Of a stretch of 64,000 nucleotides of DNA, positions 1 to 13,100 are shown piece after piece (the stretch's first letter is position 1; each line of letters opens with the position of its first letter). The stretch covers positions 42,594,001-42,658,000 of the forward strand of contig NC_043006.1 in the NCBI RefSeq assembly GCF_006345805.1. The letters are read 5' to 3'. The stretch comes from Octopus sinensis. Lineage: Eukaryota. The notes beneath the pieces are model-generated. The model was not told the DNA's origin and made no database searches. It worked only from the letters and a program-made list of their open reading frames with translations. The position numbers and the translations under genes are program-made.

Positions 1-102
1 CTGCTATTTCTAAACTCCTGAACACCACCAACAACAACAACAACAGGCAACAGCAACAACAAAAACCTTAGGAATGAGAAGCCAGGTTCGAAATTTCCCC
101 AA

Positions 103-148
103 GACATCTGATGAAGGCTGGAGGGTATATCAGCTGAAACATTGTGTT
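103..148 (+). ncRNA. Degenerate minimal type I hammerhead motif, family H1 copy 1
   Basis: GACAT-CTGATGA-A-GGCTG-gagggtatat-CAGCT-GAAAC-ATT-GTGTT. It lies in a ~215-bp repeat (about 18-235) shared with 54806-54990 and 55790-55935. Confidence 0.7.
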
Positions 149-703
149 AACAACAAATAAGATGAGGACAAATATCCGTCAAATGTAAATAATGTATATA
201 ATTCCTCATCTCTTAAATACAGAACTGTATTAACTTGAACAATGTTTGAAGAATACACTTAGATGGCTTGCTAAAATAGCACATCAGATATGTTTCCTCA
301 TTATTGTTTAGCTTTGGATTATCTCTGGTTAAGCTGTCTGAGCTATGATCAAATGTGAAGGCATGTGGCTTGCTGGTTAAGGTATTCAGCTTATGATTAT
401 AAAGCCATGAGTTCAATTCCCGGCAGTCTGTTGTGTCCTTGAGCAGGTCACTTTATTTCATGTTGCTCCAGTCAACTCAGCTGGCAAAAATGAGTGGTAC
501 TTGTATTCCGAAGGGCCAGATTTGTTACATTCTTTGTCATGCTGAATCTCCCTGAGAGCTACATTAAGGGTGCATGGTCTGTGGAGTGCTCAGCCACTTG
601 CATGTTAATTTCAAAAGTGGGCTGTTCCATCGATCGGATCACTTGGAACCCAGATTGTTGGAACTGATGGAGTGCCACTTTAACCCCTTTAGCATTTAAA
701 CCC

Positions 704-1108
704 CCTTTTACTTGTTTCAGTCATTTGACTGTGGCCATGCTGGAGCACTGCCTTTAGTTGAGCGAATCGACCCCAGGACTTATTCCTTGTAAGCCTAGTA
801 CTCATTCTATCAGTCTCTTTTGCCGAACCGCTAAGTTACGGGGACGTAAACACACCAGCATCAATTGTCAACTGATGTTGGTGAGGACAAACACAGACAC
901 ACAAACATACACACACACATACATATATATATATACATACATATATACGACAGGCTTCTTTCATTTTCAGTCTACCAAATCCACTCACAAGGCTTTGGTC
1001 GGCATGAGGCTATAGTAGAAGACACTTGCCCAAGATGCCACACAGTGGGACTGAACCCAGAACAATGTGGTTGGTAAGCAAGCTACTTACCACACAGCCA
1101 CTCCTATG
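704..1108 (-). mobile_element. tRNA-derived CORE-like SINE, family A (OR-type, bipartite with microsatellite linker)
   Basis: Head GGCTGTGTGGTAAG..GGGTTCAGTCCC, core CCTTGGGCAAGTGTCTT and tail CAAATGACTGAAACAAGTAAAAG. More than 25 full or partial copies, e.g. 16575-16985, 22522-22985, 25043-25438, 44200-44820, 47516-47890, 48594-48998, 59160-59585 and 61730-62540. Confidence 0.85.
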
Positions 1109-1682
1109 CCTATATCTCAGAGCCAGAGGCAGTTTCAGGCAGGTTTGTATCAGAAGGGTTAAGAATTGTTTCTCTATTAATATATTTTAACCCTTTTGTT
1201 ACCATATTTCTGTTGAGATGCTCTGGGTTTCGACCCATATCTGGCTAAAATAATCTACCTGTTTTATCTCCAAACTCACCAGATCTGGTCACTCACACTT
1301 ACCCTACAATGTCATTTCTAAAAACAAACAATCACGTCATAATAATCATTACATTTGACAGAAAATTCTAAATGCTAAGGATTAAATGATCAAATGCATC
1401 CAAGCAATCAGCATCTCATCTTTTTCTCTCTTTCAGGTATGTAATATGTTCCGTCCGTTGCCATGTCTATTACCAAAGAAGTTGGATCCCTCTTCAGTGC
1501 TTGTTTCTCTGTTAAAACTTTCTATTAGGAATAAGTCCTTTTACTCTAATACACTGGTTCTCAACCATTTTTCTTACTGATGGGCCCTTTTGATTTCTAT
1601 TTGATTCTAATGGACTCCCATAGCCATTTGATGTCCAAATATCCTATCATAGTTTTATAACTGAATACTAATAGGAATTATA

Positions 1683-2530
1683 TTAACCCTTTTGTTAATG
1701 TATTTATTTTGAGATGCTTTGTGTTTCTTTTAATTAATTTTAAATATAACAAAGAATTTAGTAAAATAACTTAGTTATCTTTAAGCTAGTGTTAAGAACA
1801 CAAATTATGACTAAGGTTTGGTGGAAGGTTTTTATTCAGAACTTTTGAAAACAAGACATTTGCACCACAGTTCCAGAGGCGGTTTTGTATCAAAAGGGTT
1901 AAGAATTGTTTCTCTACTATATATTTTAATCCTTTCATTACCATATTTCTGTTGAGATGTACTGTGTTTCTTTTAATTAATTTTAAATATAACAAAGCAT
2001 TATTAAATCTCAGAATGAGATTGAAACAGTAATCGCTCGACAATGTAAAGTATAGAAGCCATCTTAACATGGCTAACCACATAGGGGGGGTGTTACTGTA
2101 GCTTTATAGCCCCAAGAGATCGTCGTCTCTAGCTGGCTTTAGACACCATTTCAGTGCCCTTGAAGTATTTGCAAAGGGAGGCCATCCCTTCCTCGCAAGC
2201 CTGAGTGATACGCTCGGACTAGTTTCGGGATTTTTGTCCCTAAAGGTGAAATGGTGTCTAAAGCCAGCTGGAGACGACGATCTCTTGGGGCTATAAAGCT
2301 ACAGTAACACCCCCTCCCCTATGTGGTTAGCCATGTTAAGATGGCTTCTATACTTTACAAATATAACAAAGAATTTAGTAAAATAACTTAGTTGTCATTA
2401 AGCTACTGTTAGGAACATAAATTGTAACTAAGGTTTGGTGGAAGATTTTTAATTCAAAACTTATGTAAACAAGACTTTTGTACAACAGAACCAGAGACAG
2501 TTTCAGCCAGGTTGGTAATGAAAGGGTTAA
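1683..2530. mobile_element. piggyBac-type MITE dimer (TTAA-CCCT...AGGG-TTAA)
   Basis: TTAA-bounded CCCT/AGGG termini with a ~230-bp unit. Other copies at about 1125-1215, 2740-2965, 24950-25040, 25440-25700, 34130-34350 and 35015-35095. Confidence 0.75.
1998..2358. mobile_element. Fold-back element with ~110-bp inverted arms and a half hammerhead (H5) in the spacer
   Basis: Arms at 2044-2153 and 2247-2359 are near-perfect reverse complements. A 13-bp direct repeat AAATATAACAAAG flanks the insert (1985-1997, 2359-2371). The spacer minus strand reads GGGA-caaaaa-TCCC-GAAAC-TA-GTC (2211-2240). Confidence 0.75.
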
Positions 2531-5500
2531 GAAAAACAATGCAATATTTAGTGCACTGTAAGAGTATAACCAACTTTATTGTGCATAAATTTTAACAACA
2601 AGGGTCATATGAACCCTACTTGAGAACCACTGTTCTGATTTCTTTCTTCAAACTGCTTTTTCTCTAGAACGTATTACCATTGTCCTGTTTTCCTCTAGAC
2701 TATGATATTCAGTCCATTACCCCCTTCAATACCACTCCAGCTGAAACTGCCTCTAGCTCCGTAGTACAAATATATTGTTTCCAAAAGTTCTGAATTAAAA
2801 TCTTCCACCCAACCTTAGCCACAATTTATGTTCCTAACACAAGTTTAATGATTACTAAATTCTTTGTTATATTTATAATTGATTGAAAGAAACACAGAGC
2901 ATCTCAACAGAAATATGGTAACAAAAGGGTTAAAATATATAATAGAGAAACAATTCTTAATCCTTTTTCTGCAATTTTTCTACAACTGGATGTCCTCCAA
3001 GAGTGTAGTGGGTGCTTTTTACATGCCACTGGCACTGGCATATTAGCGTCCACATCTTGATTGTTGATTTCATTATGCCTGTTGTTGTAAACTCCACTTT
3101 TCCATGCTTGCATGAGTCAGATTTTTCTGTGGCCAGATGTCCTTCCTGTTTCCAAGTAAGGTTATCCCATGACCAGCCATGTTTTTATGAAAGATTGGTA
3201 ACAAAAGTCACTGCTTTTGTGACAGTGAATTTGCTTACAGCTGTCACTTGAATCAAAGGAAGCAGTAACACACACAGATGCACATATATATATATATCTA
3301 TACACGCACACAATGGTTCCTTTTTCAATTTTCATCTACCAAATTCACTCACAAGGACTTGGTCAACCCAAGGCTATAGAGGAAGACAATTGCCCAAGGT
3401 GCCACACAATGGAACTGAACCCAAAACCATGTGATTGGGAAGTTAACTTTTTACCACAGAGCTATGTCTGTTAAAAAAAATATTCTTTGAATCTTTTAGA
3501 TACTGATAGCTCAGCCTGATCTGCTGGAATCACTTTAGACCACAGAAGAATGGAAAAGCCATTGGTTTGTAAGTCATCATTGATTCTCCAGTAAGTCCAA
3601 AAGGAAGGTAATTAATTCTTACTGGTTCAGTATGCTTAGATGTAAATAAGAACCATATAGTAGGTAATGAACACCATTGTGAACAAGTACCATAAGGAAG
3701 ATAGTGCACACTCCTGTAATGGCTCATTAACGTTCAGTGCTGAATTCCAAACCATCAATGGATCTGGGTTATAATAGAAGCATTCACAGTGGTCATTTTT
3801 AATGAAGTCTTCTTACACCAATACACACCAAAGTGGATTCAATATGCTAATGGCACCTAGAGTGTAACAACATCTCTAGAATTCCGAGTCCACCTCATAC
3901 TTATAAGTATATATCCTCTTGAAGCACACAGTCAGAACACCAGACTAGATTATTTACATTATTAAATTTGATGCCTCACATCTGTGAGTACAAATGCCAT
4001 AATCATGATTGTCCTTGTCTTATATGGCACATGGGGAGAAATAAGGTCAGCAATAAAATACAACTCTATTGGAATCAAATCTGATGACATTCCTTTCAAC
4101 TTATGAAAACGGATTAAGTACGTTCAAAAGAATATCATCACCATAGTGGTGAGGAATATTAAGCAGAATACCATAAAAGTAAATTATGGTAATTTCTTTC
4201 TCATTGCACTTTGCCCCACTATTTTTCATTTCTTTTATGGTGAAGTAATGGAGGAAAGATAGCAACAAAGTATGATTGCTAGGGTGTCCAACTAAAGCGC
4301 TCTCTCTCTCTCTCTTTTACACATACATGCAATGAGTGGTTTGTAGGAGGGGCAAAAGTTCATTGACACATCAGTGAGAGGAATAAATTGGCTGGTCTGT
4401 GATGTGGTTTTACATAGAAAAACCAAAGGATATTAAACACTTCGCTGTTTAGCTCTGCACTAACTAAACTTACACTACATGATAACGATGGTGACAATGA
4501 AACGGCTGGTATACAGATTAGCTTTGTTTGTGTATTGGATTCTTTAAATAATATACTCATGTATCTTAACTATAAATTCTTGCCTCCTATGGCAATCTTG
4601 CAATTTGATTGGTAGAAACAGCAACTAAAATCTTCGTTGAATCACACTACATCATCATCGTTGTTTAACGTCCACTCTCCATGCTAGCATGGGTTGGACG
4701 ATTTGACTTAGGTCTGGCGAACCAAATGGTTGCACCAGGCTCCAATCTGATCTGGCAGAGTTTCTACAGCAGGATGCCCTTCCTAACACCAACCACTCCA
4801 AGAGAGTAGTGGGTGCTTTTTATGTGCCACCGGCACGAGGGCCAGTCACGCAGTTCTGGCAACGGCCATGCTCAAATGGTGTTTTTTACGTGCCACCTGT
4901 ACAGGAGCCAGTCCAGCAGCACTAGCAACGACCTCGCTCAAATGTTTTTTCATATGCCAGTAAGGCAACGCTGGTAACGATCACGCTCGAATGGTGCTTT
5001 TTACAATGCACCAGCACAAAAGCCAGTTTGCAACAATCACGCTCGGATGGTGCTCTTAGCACTCCACTAGCACGGATGCCAGTCATCGAATTTGATTTCA
5101 ATTTCAATATCACTTGCCTCAACAGGTCTTCGCAAACATCATCTTAAAAAAAAAAAAAAGGATGAACCTCATAGAGTCCTGCATACATTGTCTGAAAAAA
5201 ATGAAAAAGAAGAAAGAATGAGATGTCTATGGTTGGAACCATGGTTACTCATTCAGGGTTGACCTGGAGCTAAACTGTAGATTTCTCATCACATTGATTT
5301 CAAATTTTGGTACAAGGCCAGTAATTTCAGGGAAGGGGGTCAAGCCAATTACATCAACCCCAGTGTACAACTGGTATTTATTTCACCAACCGCAAAAGAA
5401 TGAAAGGCAAAGTCAACCTTGTTGAAATGTAAAGATGGACGAAATGCTGTTGAGCATTTTGCCAAGCATGCTAACGGTTCTACCAACTTGCTGTCTTACA

Positions 5501-6102
5501 ATTTCTCATTTAGAGTACATCAAAGTATATCTTCAGATTCAGAAAATTTTCTTTTAAATCCTGACATAAAACAGTACAATTTTGACTAAGAAAAGGCAAC
5601 TATCCTGAAATTTTGGCTCCAGAAAAATTTTTTTTTCTTCATCATCAGCATCATCATCGTTTAACGTCCGCTTTCCATGCTGACATGGGTTGGACGGTTT
5701 GACTGAGGGCTGGCAAATCAGAAGGCTGCACCAGGCTCCAACCTGATCTGGCAGAGTTTCTACAGATGAATGCCCTTCCTAACACCAACCACTCCGAGAG
5801 TGTAGTGGGTGCTTTTTACGTGCCACCAGCACTGGCATCGACCACACTTGAATGGTGCTTTTAATATGCTACTCGCATGGGAACCACTCAGCTGGCACTG
5901 GCATCAACCAAGCTTGGACGGTGCTTTTTACGTGCTACCGGCACGGTAGCCAACAGTTTTGACTCCTTTGCGCATAAGGAAGCACAAAAAGATGTCTTTC
6001 AAAAAGTGTTTCAACCGTGACCACTCAATATTTTAAAAGCATTTCAACTATTACCGTCCCGTATTTTAAAAGTATGAAGTACTGTAAACAAGATTATCCT
6101 AA

Positions 6103-6462
6103 ACTAGCACTATGACCCGGCAACGCCGGGTCATAGTGCTAGTGCATACATATACAGCTGTGTGCGTGCGCACATACACGCGAGTACTGTCCAAATCTCC
6201 GACCAATCACATACAGCTAGCTGGCATTCAATTGGCGTATCAAGTTTCAGGCATTTTGATAGAAAATTCACAAAAAAGTCACTTCTATTGATTTTTTAAT
6301 GGCTTTGCGGGGTGAATGGGGAAATGTAAAGATGTGCACGACCACCCTTGGACGGTTTTGAATGACCATAGAAAGTGCGAGCCCTCTAACTGAAAAATTG
6401 TGGATTTGTATAAAGGATATACACACACAGACAGACATTTTGCCGTTTATATATATAGAGAT
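6103..6462 (+). mobile_element. Non-autonomous Helitron/Helentron-like element
   Basis: 5' ACTAG start with a 19-bp perfect hairpin. 3' end ACAGACAGACATTTTGCCGTTTATATATATAGAGAT is shared with the element at 46821. Confidence 0.6.
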
Positions 6463-6831
6463 GTCCTTCATACTACACGCTATCACAATTTTTGGTAAAA
6501 AGAAGGGGGAAAATGCATTGGACGTATGAAAGATGAAAACTAGAATGATCGCAGATGATGCCTTCGATTTGAGGTGTTAGATCGGATATTATCTGGAACT
6601 CAACAATATCTGGCAATACGATAGATTTGTGGATGTTTATGTATTGCCGTCACATAATGTAGTAGAAATAGCAGCTATATACCTCGTCTATGCAAACACT
6701 GCAATGTTAAAATATAGAGAAATATTAAAAAACAAATATTTTAAATAAAATTTGAGGTGGTCACGAGAGGAATGCCTTTGATAGTAAATCAGCAGGATCA
6801 GGCTTGATCTGAAACTAAATAATCCCAGCCA

Positions 6832-7157
6832 GTGTCCTCTACTATAGCTTCGGGCTGACCAAAGCCTTGTGAGTGGATTTGGTAGACGAAAACTGAAAGA
6901 AGCCCGTCGTATATATGTGTATATATATACATGTATGTGTGTATATGTTTGCGTGTCTGTGTTTGTCCCCCCAACATCGCTTGACAACCGATGCTGGTGT
7001 GTTTACGTCCTCGTAACTTAGCGGTTCGGCAAAAGTGACCGATAGAATATGTACTCGGCTTCCAAAGAATAAGTCCTGGGGTCGATTTGCTCGGCTAAAG
7101 GCGGTGCTCCAGCATGGCCGCAGTCAAATGACTGAAACAAGTAAAAGAGTAAAGAGT
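6832..7157 (+). mobile_element. Family A SINE, 5'-truncated, CpG-intact copy
   Basis: Same sequence as the other family A copies but keeps CG at sites that read TG/CA in most other copies. Confidence 0.85.
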
Positions 7158-10100
7158 AGTCACACGAACAGCTAGAAATAGCAGTCAAACGATTATTTGT
7201 GTGCGTAAACAGCCACGATTACGGAAAGGAATCAGAACTTTCATTTCCAAATTTGCATTATTTATTATTTAAAAAAAAAATTCTGTTTCAGAGCCTACAC
7301 TGCGGGATACCGGAAAAGATTTACATTAATAGTTTCAGAAATTATGTTTTTGTTGTTGTTCTTTTTCCAATAAAAAGCGATTTGATGTCTTACAAATTCA
7401 ATAAATGCGTAGATCAGTTAAAGATTCGCTAAGCAAACAAACTTCATTTGAAAGTATTCAAGAGACACGATATACAGACGTGTGTATACATATATTGATT
7501 CCTCTTATTAATGTAAGGGCCACATACAATTTTGCTTTCTTTTTCCTTGTTTTTTTTTTTTTCGGGAATGGATAGTTATATCCGATTCAATCGATCCCAG
7601 AACATGATCGGTACTTATTTTGTCAACTCCGAAGGGATGCAACAGAAAATCGACCGAATCAGATTGGAATTCAGAACACAGAATCGAAGAACGAATACTA
7701 TTATTACTCCATCGTTCCTGCTATTCCCCCTACATTAAAAAAACCCGCAAAGTTTGATTTTGTTAACGATAAGCTGCCGCCAGTCTGCTGCACAGAAAAA
7801 AGAAGAAAACACATCCCTAGGTGGACTTAGGTTAGTGTAAATGAGACGCGAGTATGTGATGTTCATGCAAGGTTTGAAATAACAAGGAAAGAAAAGTGAA
7901 ACGAGTTCTCATACAGCTTATGAAAGCTCACCTCCAAACTTAATGGTTTCAAATTTTGGCGCAAGGTCAGTAATTTCGGAAGAAAGAATAAGTCGATTAA
8001 ATCGACCCCCACTACTCAACTGGCAGAAACGTTAGCACGCCGGGCGAAATGCGTAGCCGTATTTCACCTGCCGTTACGTTCTGAGTTCAAATTCCGCCGA
8101 GATCGACTTTGCCTTTCATCCTTTCGGGGTCGATAAATTAAGTAGCAGTTACGCACTGGAGTCGATATAATCGACTTAATCCGTTTGTCTGTCCTCTCTG
8201 TGTTTAGCCCCTTGTGGGTAGTAAAGAAATAGGTATTTATTTTGTCGACTCCGAAAGGATGAAAAGCAAAGTCGAACTCGGCGAAGAAATGCGCCCACTC
8301 ATGATTACACCCACACATATACACGCAGGTACAATACAAACTTTCTAAACACTGATGGTCTGGAACCTCTAATAAACCGCACTCATTTTTGAGCAGGAAC
8401 TTTAAATTCCTGCTGCTGCCAGACTAGTTTACTATACTTTGCATAGTACAGTACTAATAAACTTGTATCATTTATATTAATGTACAGGTACTTGTATTCC
8501 ATTATATATCAACAAAGCGTGTGATTAGAAAAAAATCAGTAATCCAGAGGGCTTTGGAACCAAAAGTTTAGGAAAACTGATACATCGATAAATACACACA
8601 CAGATAAGGAAATAATTTTATTCTCAAACGCAGGATAATGCTAATAATATAGCACGAACAGGATAAACTATCCATATTTTGCAGAAAAATCTGTCGGCGA
8701 CCAGCCCTCAACACTTCTGAAGCTGACTTTCAACTTAAGTTGAATTTAACACACACACAATATATATATAAATCTCTGAGCGAGAAGTAAACAGTAGCAG
8801 CACGGAATCGTGAAAAATTATTTGCCAGCCAAATGTGGCGGTCGCACACACACACACACACATATATATATATACAAACACAGGCGTACACAGAAATGGT
8901 ATGCATACAAGCATGTATATACCAGCATGTGCCATTTCATTACAGATAATAAATACAAATATATGAAGCAATGCGGCTAATGCTCACATGGTTAACACCC
9001 AATACGGTAAATATATGAAGAGTTTGCAAGCCAATGAGTGAGCCTCTATACGGTAACTCGACCTGCTAGAAATACCAGACAAATCGACCCCTTCTATCAC
9101 ACTAACAAATGGTAAGACACACTGGACGATAGAGTTAAAATGTACAAAAAAGACAGGACGGTTATGGTAGGAATGTCTTTGAGCGTACATGTCTACACCT
9201 GAGTCGGAAAGGTTATCATGAGGGTAAAACTTGTAATATCAACGAAAAAAAAAGCGAAACGAGTTCTCATACAGATTATGAAGGCGAAGTTTTGTTAAGT
9301 TTTATAACGAAGCTCACCTCCAAAAATTTATGGTTTCAAATTTTGTCACAAGGCTAGCAATTTCGGGAGAAAGGATAAGTCGATTAAATCGACTCCAATA
9401 CTCAACTGGTATTTATTTTATCGACCCCGATAGGATGAAAAGCAAAGTCGACCTCAGTGGAATTTGAACACTGAACTTAAAGACGGACGAAATGTCACTA
9501 AGCCTTTTTTCATATAACTAGGACGATTTTTTCCAGTTTATCCTTCCTGTTATAAGATGATAAGAATCTTAGCTACTATTACTAACAGGTCGAGCAAACC
9601 ACAAGATGGTTTCCTCGCTGTTTGTATTCCCTAAGAGGTAATCTGTGAAATAAGTGTCTGCTGTGTTTATACCGTTTCTCTAAAATTATATCGAGAGCGA
9701 GAGAGGCGGGAGGAAAGAGTTAAGCATTCCGTCCATACTAAAATTTTACGCATGGAATATCGTCTTAAAGGGTGGAAACTGGACTCTGTAGTTAAAAAGT
9801 TCGCCTCATGATTTCTCACCTAAGTGGTCGATTCTATTGCACAACGCTTTTGCATCCTTGTTCTCTATCATAACTTCGGTTGACCAATAAAGACTTTGGT
9901 ATTTCTACAGAATAAAATCGGGAATTATCTAGTGCGCAAAAAGCAGTGATGTCTTTTTATGTGTATTTGGCGATCTTTCGACATTGGTCCACAGAATGCC
10001 GGTATGAAGAGATATCATTCACCTTCTTTTTCAGCCTAGCTTCTTTACCTATGACGCGAGAGAAGGCTTTGTGTGTGACGTCGTGTACAAATACTGAAGG

Positions 10101-13100
10101 ATTTCCCTGTATTATTTTAAGCACCGTAGAATATTTTTTTTTAAAGAGGGGGGGGGGGTCACCGGGCCACGATCGTAGCCGTCAGGCCACGACGGTGGCC
10201 CAGATAGATGTATTTAATTTATGGGCGTTTGTTGGGGTTTAATGTCACTCAAACGTTCCGATACCCCCCAGAATGCAAGAGGACTAATAGTTCAACTAAT
10301 GACTTTCCAGATGATGTAAAACTTGCCACCATTATATACTAAGAAGACACTTTAACTATTTTTGTTTTATTTATGTGTGCACGGTAGTCTCATTTTCATA
10401 AAATGTGCTCAGCAGTCCATGCTATGTAAGTGCAAATCCCAGCGCTTTATGAGTTACGTTTTTAGTTCTGACTTTTTCGCAAACATCTTTCGAAGCATGG
10501 TTTTTGAAGAATAATCTCAGATGTTTAAAGTAAATCGGTAATAATAAAATGTTCAAGAGAAAACTAAAATTAAAAAAAAAAAAAAAGCCGAAAAGGGAGG
10601 GGCACCTCCCTCACACACCTCTTCACCATTTTCTTTGGCTTATTGGTATTCTACAATACTTTTAAAGCATCTGATGTTAATTCGCGGTTTCAGACGCACA
10701 GGATAATTTCCAACTCGAGTCTATGGGAATGCGAGGAATTTTACACACACACACACACACACAGATTAATTAATGAAATATGTGCAATATCTTTCATCGT
10801 TGTGTATAAACATCGGCTAACATCGTGGGTGAGAAAACCCAAAAAAAAACGGTGCTTTATGAACGAGGTTCCTTGAAAGAAAGCAATTAGTATAGTCTAA
10901 AATGTTTAGTTTTACTAAAACGTGCTGCTCCTTATTATCTGCATGCGAGGGAGACGGCTTTTTCAGATATTTTTTCAACATGTGGTCCAATTTCATGTTG
11001 ATACAATATCACATAAGACAAGGTCATAATCGAACGGTCAAAAACATAAATAAACTTTCCTTCTGATAAAAAGAAATTGATTGAAAAAAAAAAAACATCA
11101 CCATAACCGTCATTTACACCTTTGAAAAACGAATCTCTGCAAAAGTACATTAAAAAAAAAATGTATTATTAAGAAAGTTATGAAGAAACAAAATTCGAAG
11201 AGGGGGCACCAAACTACAGTTATGCGAAATGTTAACTACTTTCGCCGTCACAGGCCTTCAGAAAAAAAAAATTCAGCTATTGAAAAATTGTATCTAACGA
11301 TGTTCATAAACTCCGATGTAAAATAATTAGCAATAAATAGAGTATTAACAACTCGAGTAAAACGGCTGCGAGATTCAAAAAATAGACTGCAAACTTCAGT
11401 TTATTCACAACTTATGTTCTACCTTAACCTTACTTCTCGCAGATAAAATTATTGCCGTCAAAACAATGATAAGGGCGAGCCAATAAGAGGGCCTGTTTAC
11501 GAAGTAAAGCGATCTGCTAGAAATAACAGCCAAATATACAAGTTATACGTAATCATCTTTTTAAAATGTTATTATACTACTTTATATACAGAAGAGATGG
11601 TTACAGCTCGATCAGAGCTACGATACATTAATTGTCATCGAGAAAAAAGCCAATACAGAAGGATGTAGTAAAAAATCTGAGATAGAAAACTAGGGTTATA
11701 GTAATTAATTAGCGTACTTGTTGGCGCGACGTAAGTCAGTTTTGCAAATCAGACACAGCATTCGATAAGCATTACAACGGCTGGTCATCCAGTTATTGTT
11801 TTTCAGTTATGTGTGATGAATCTAAATTTTTAATAGCATTTGTAGAAAAGTTGTCAAAATACTGTGGAGTGGAGAGATAGAAAAAAAAAAGAATGAATGC
11901 GGTAAAACTGTCCCTTACAGTCCAATGGAGTCAAGCCGAAGCTGGAAGAAAATATCAAATACCAAATAAATATGATGTGCGCGCCAGAGCACATTACCGT
12001 TTTCTGTAAGGAGCGAATAGAGTTGAGTTGATTAAATTGATTCGATATTGATACAGCTGTTTGTTTTATCGATCTTGGTTGGATGAAAAGCTAAGTTAAA
12101 CCTCTAAGGAATTTGAAATCAAAACAGTGAAGTACCGAACTAGCCGGCTCTTTATACAATTTGGCGTCATGACCATTCTAGTGTTTATAAATCGATAGGC
12201 ACTTGCATGCATACAAGGAACGAATCAATACTCTTTCTCTTTCTCTATAATACACACACACACACACACACACGTATGCATGTAGTTAGTTAATCACAAG
12301 CAAAAATCAAAAGATCTGATTTGAACGCAGAAATATGAGGCATCAAAGCATAGCTATATGTTCCACTGTTTGAACCCACTTCTGAAGTTGCAGCGAATAG
12401 CAATATCTGTTTCTTCTTACATAAAACAATGTTGGTGGGGGTTGCACCTAGTTAGAGATGGGAAATTATCATCCGAGTCTCTTTATTCATCAAGTGATAT
12501 CGCTGGTCGAAAGAGTATTATTACTTATCGACTGCAAATGGATTTGAACACAGGACTTAGATTAACAAAATTTAATAATCTTAATATATTTAATCCTCCA
12601 CTTTATCGTTTTAGTAGTTTTCTACATCAATATTTCTTTTGATGTTAAACTACGAAGGAATAATAAAAATGGATAAGTTTTCCATGCATTTCTCGTGTGT
12701 ATTAACTGGAGTGAAAACAAACCGATCAGAATGTTTCGATATGCCGAATGACAATAAAAGTTGTACGTTTTGTTATTGTTAAGAGATTCAATCATTAAAC
12801 AAGTCCAGAAGGATAGATGTTATTATAGGCATCGACAGATAGGTGATTGTAACAGATGAATGTTTGGTTATTACAGAACAAACAAGTGCGAATAAGTCAA
12901 TTTCGGATAGGAGCAGACGAAATAAATATACACAGAAAGACGTGTTAAAAGTGCGCAAGATGCAACTCAATTCAGTTATTGATAAATTCCAAGTGCACAT
13001 CTGTTTATGTCCAAGAACATATATATATATATATATATAAACATATAAACAAATAGAGGGAGGACCGTTTAAAATATAACTTGATTATGGATAGCATACA

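Larger units (their letters stand above)
1552..2632. mobile_element. hAT (Charlie-like) MITE hosting nested insertions
   Basis: TIRs CACTGGTTCTCAA / TTGAGAACCACTG. The 8-bp flanks match at 5 of 8 positions (ctctaata / ttctgatt). Confidence 0.6.

Noticed and set aside
2006-2050. Second hammerhead relic in the 46-bp left extension of the fold-back element
   Set aside because: Only a GAGATT..AATC stem is visible and both core segments mismatch.
3480-4300. Exon or transposase in a unique-looking block
   Set aside because: Splice-like sites are present but the frames are stopped and no recognisable motif was found.
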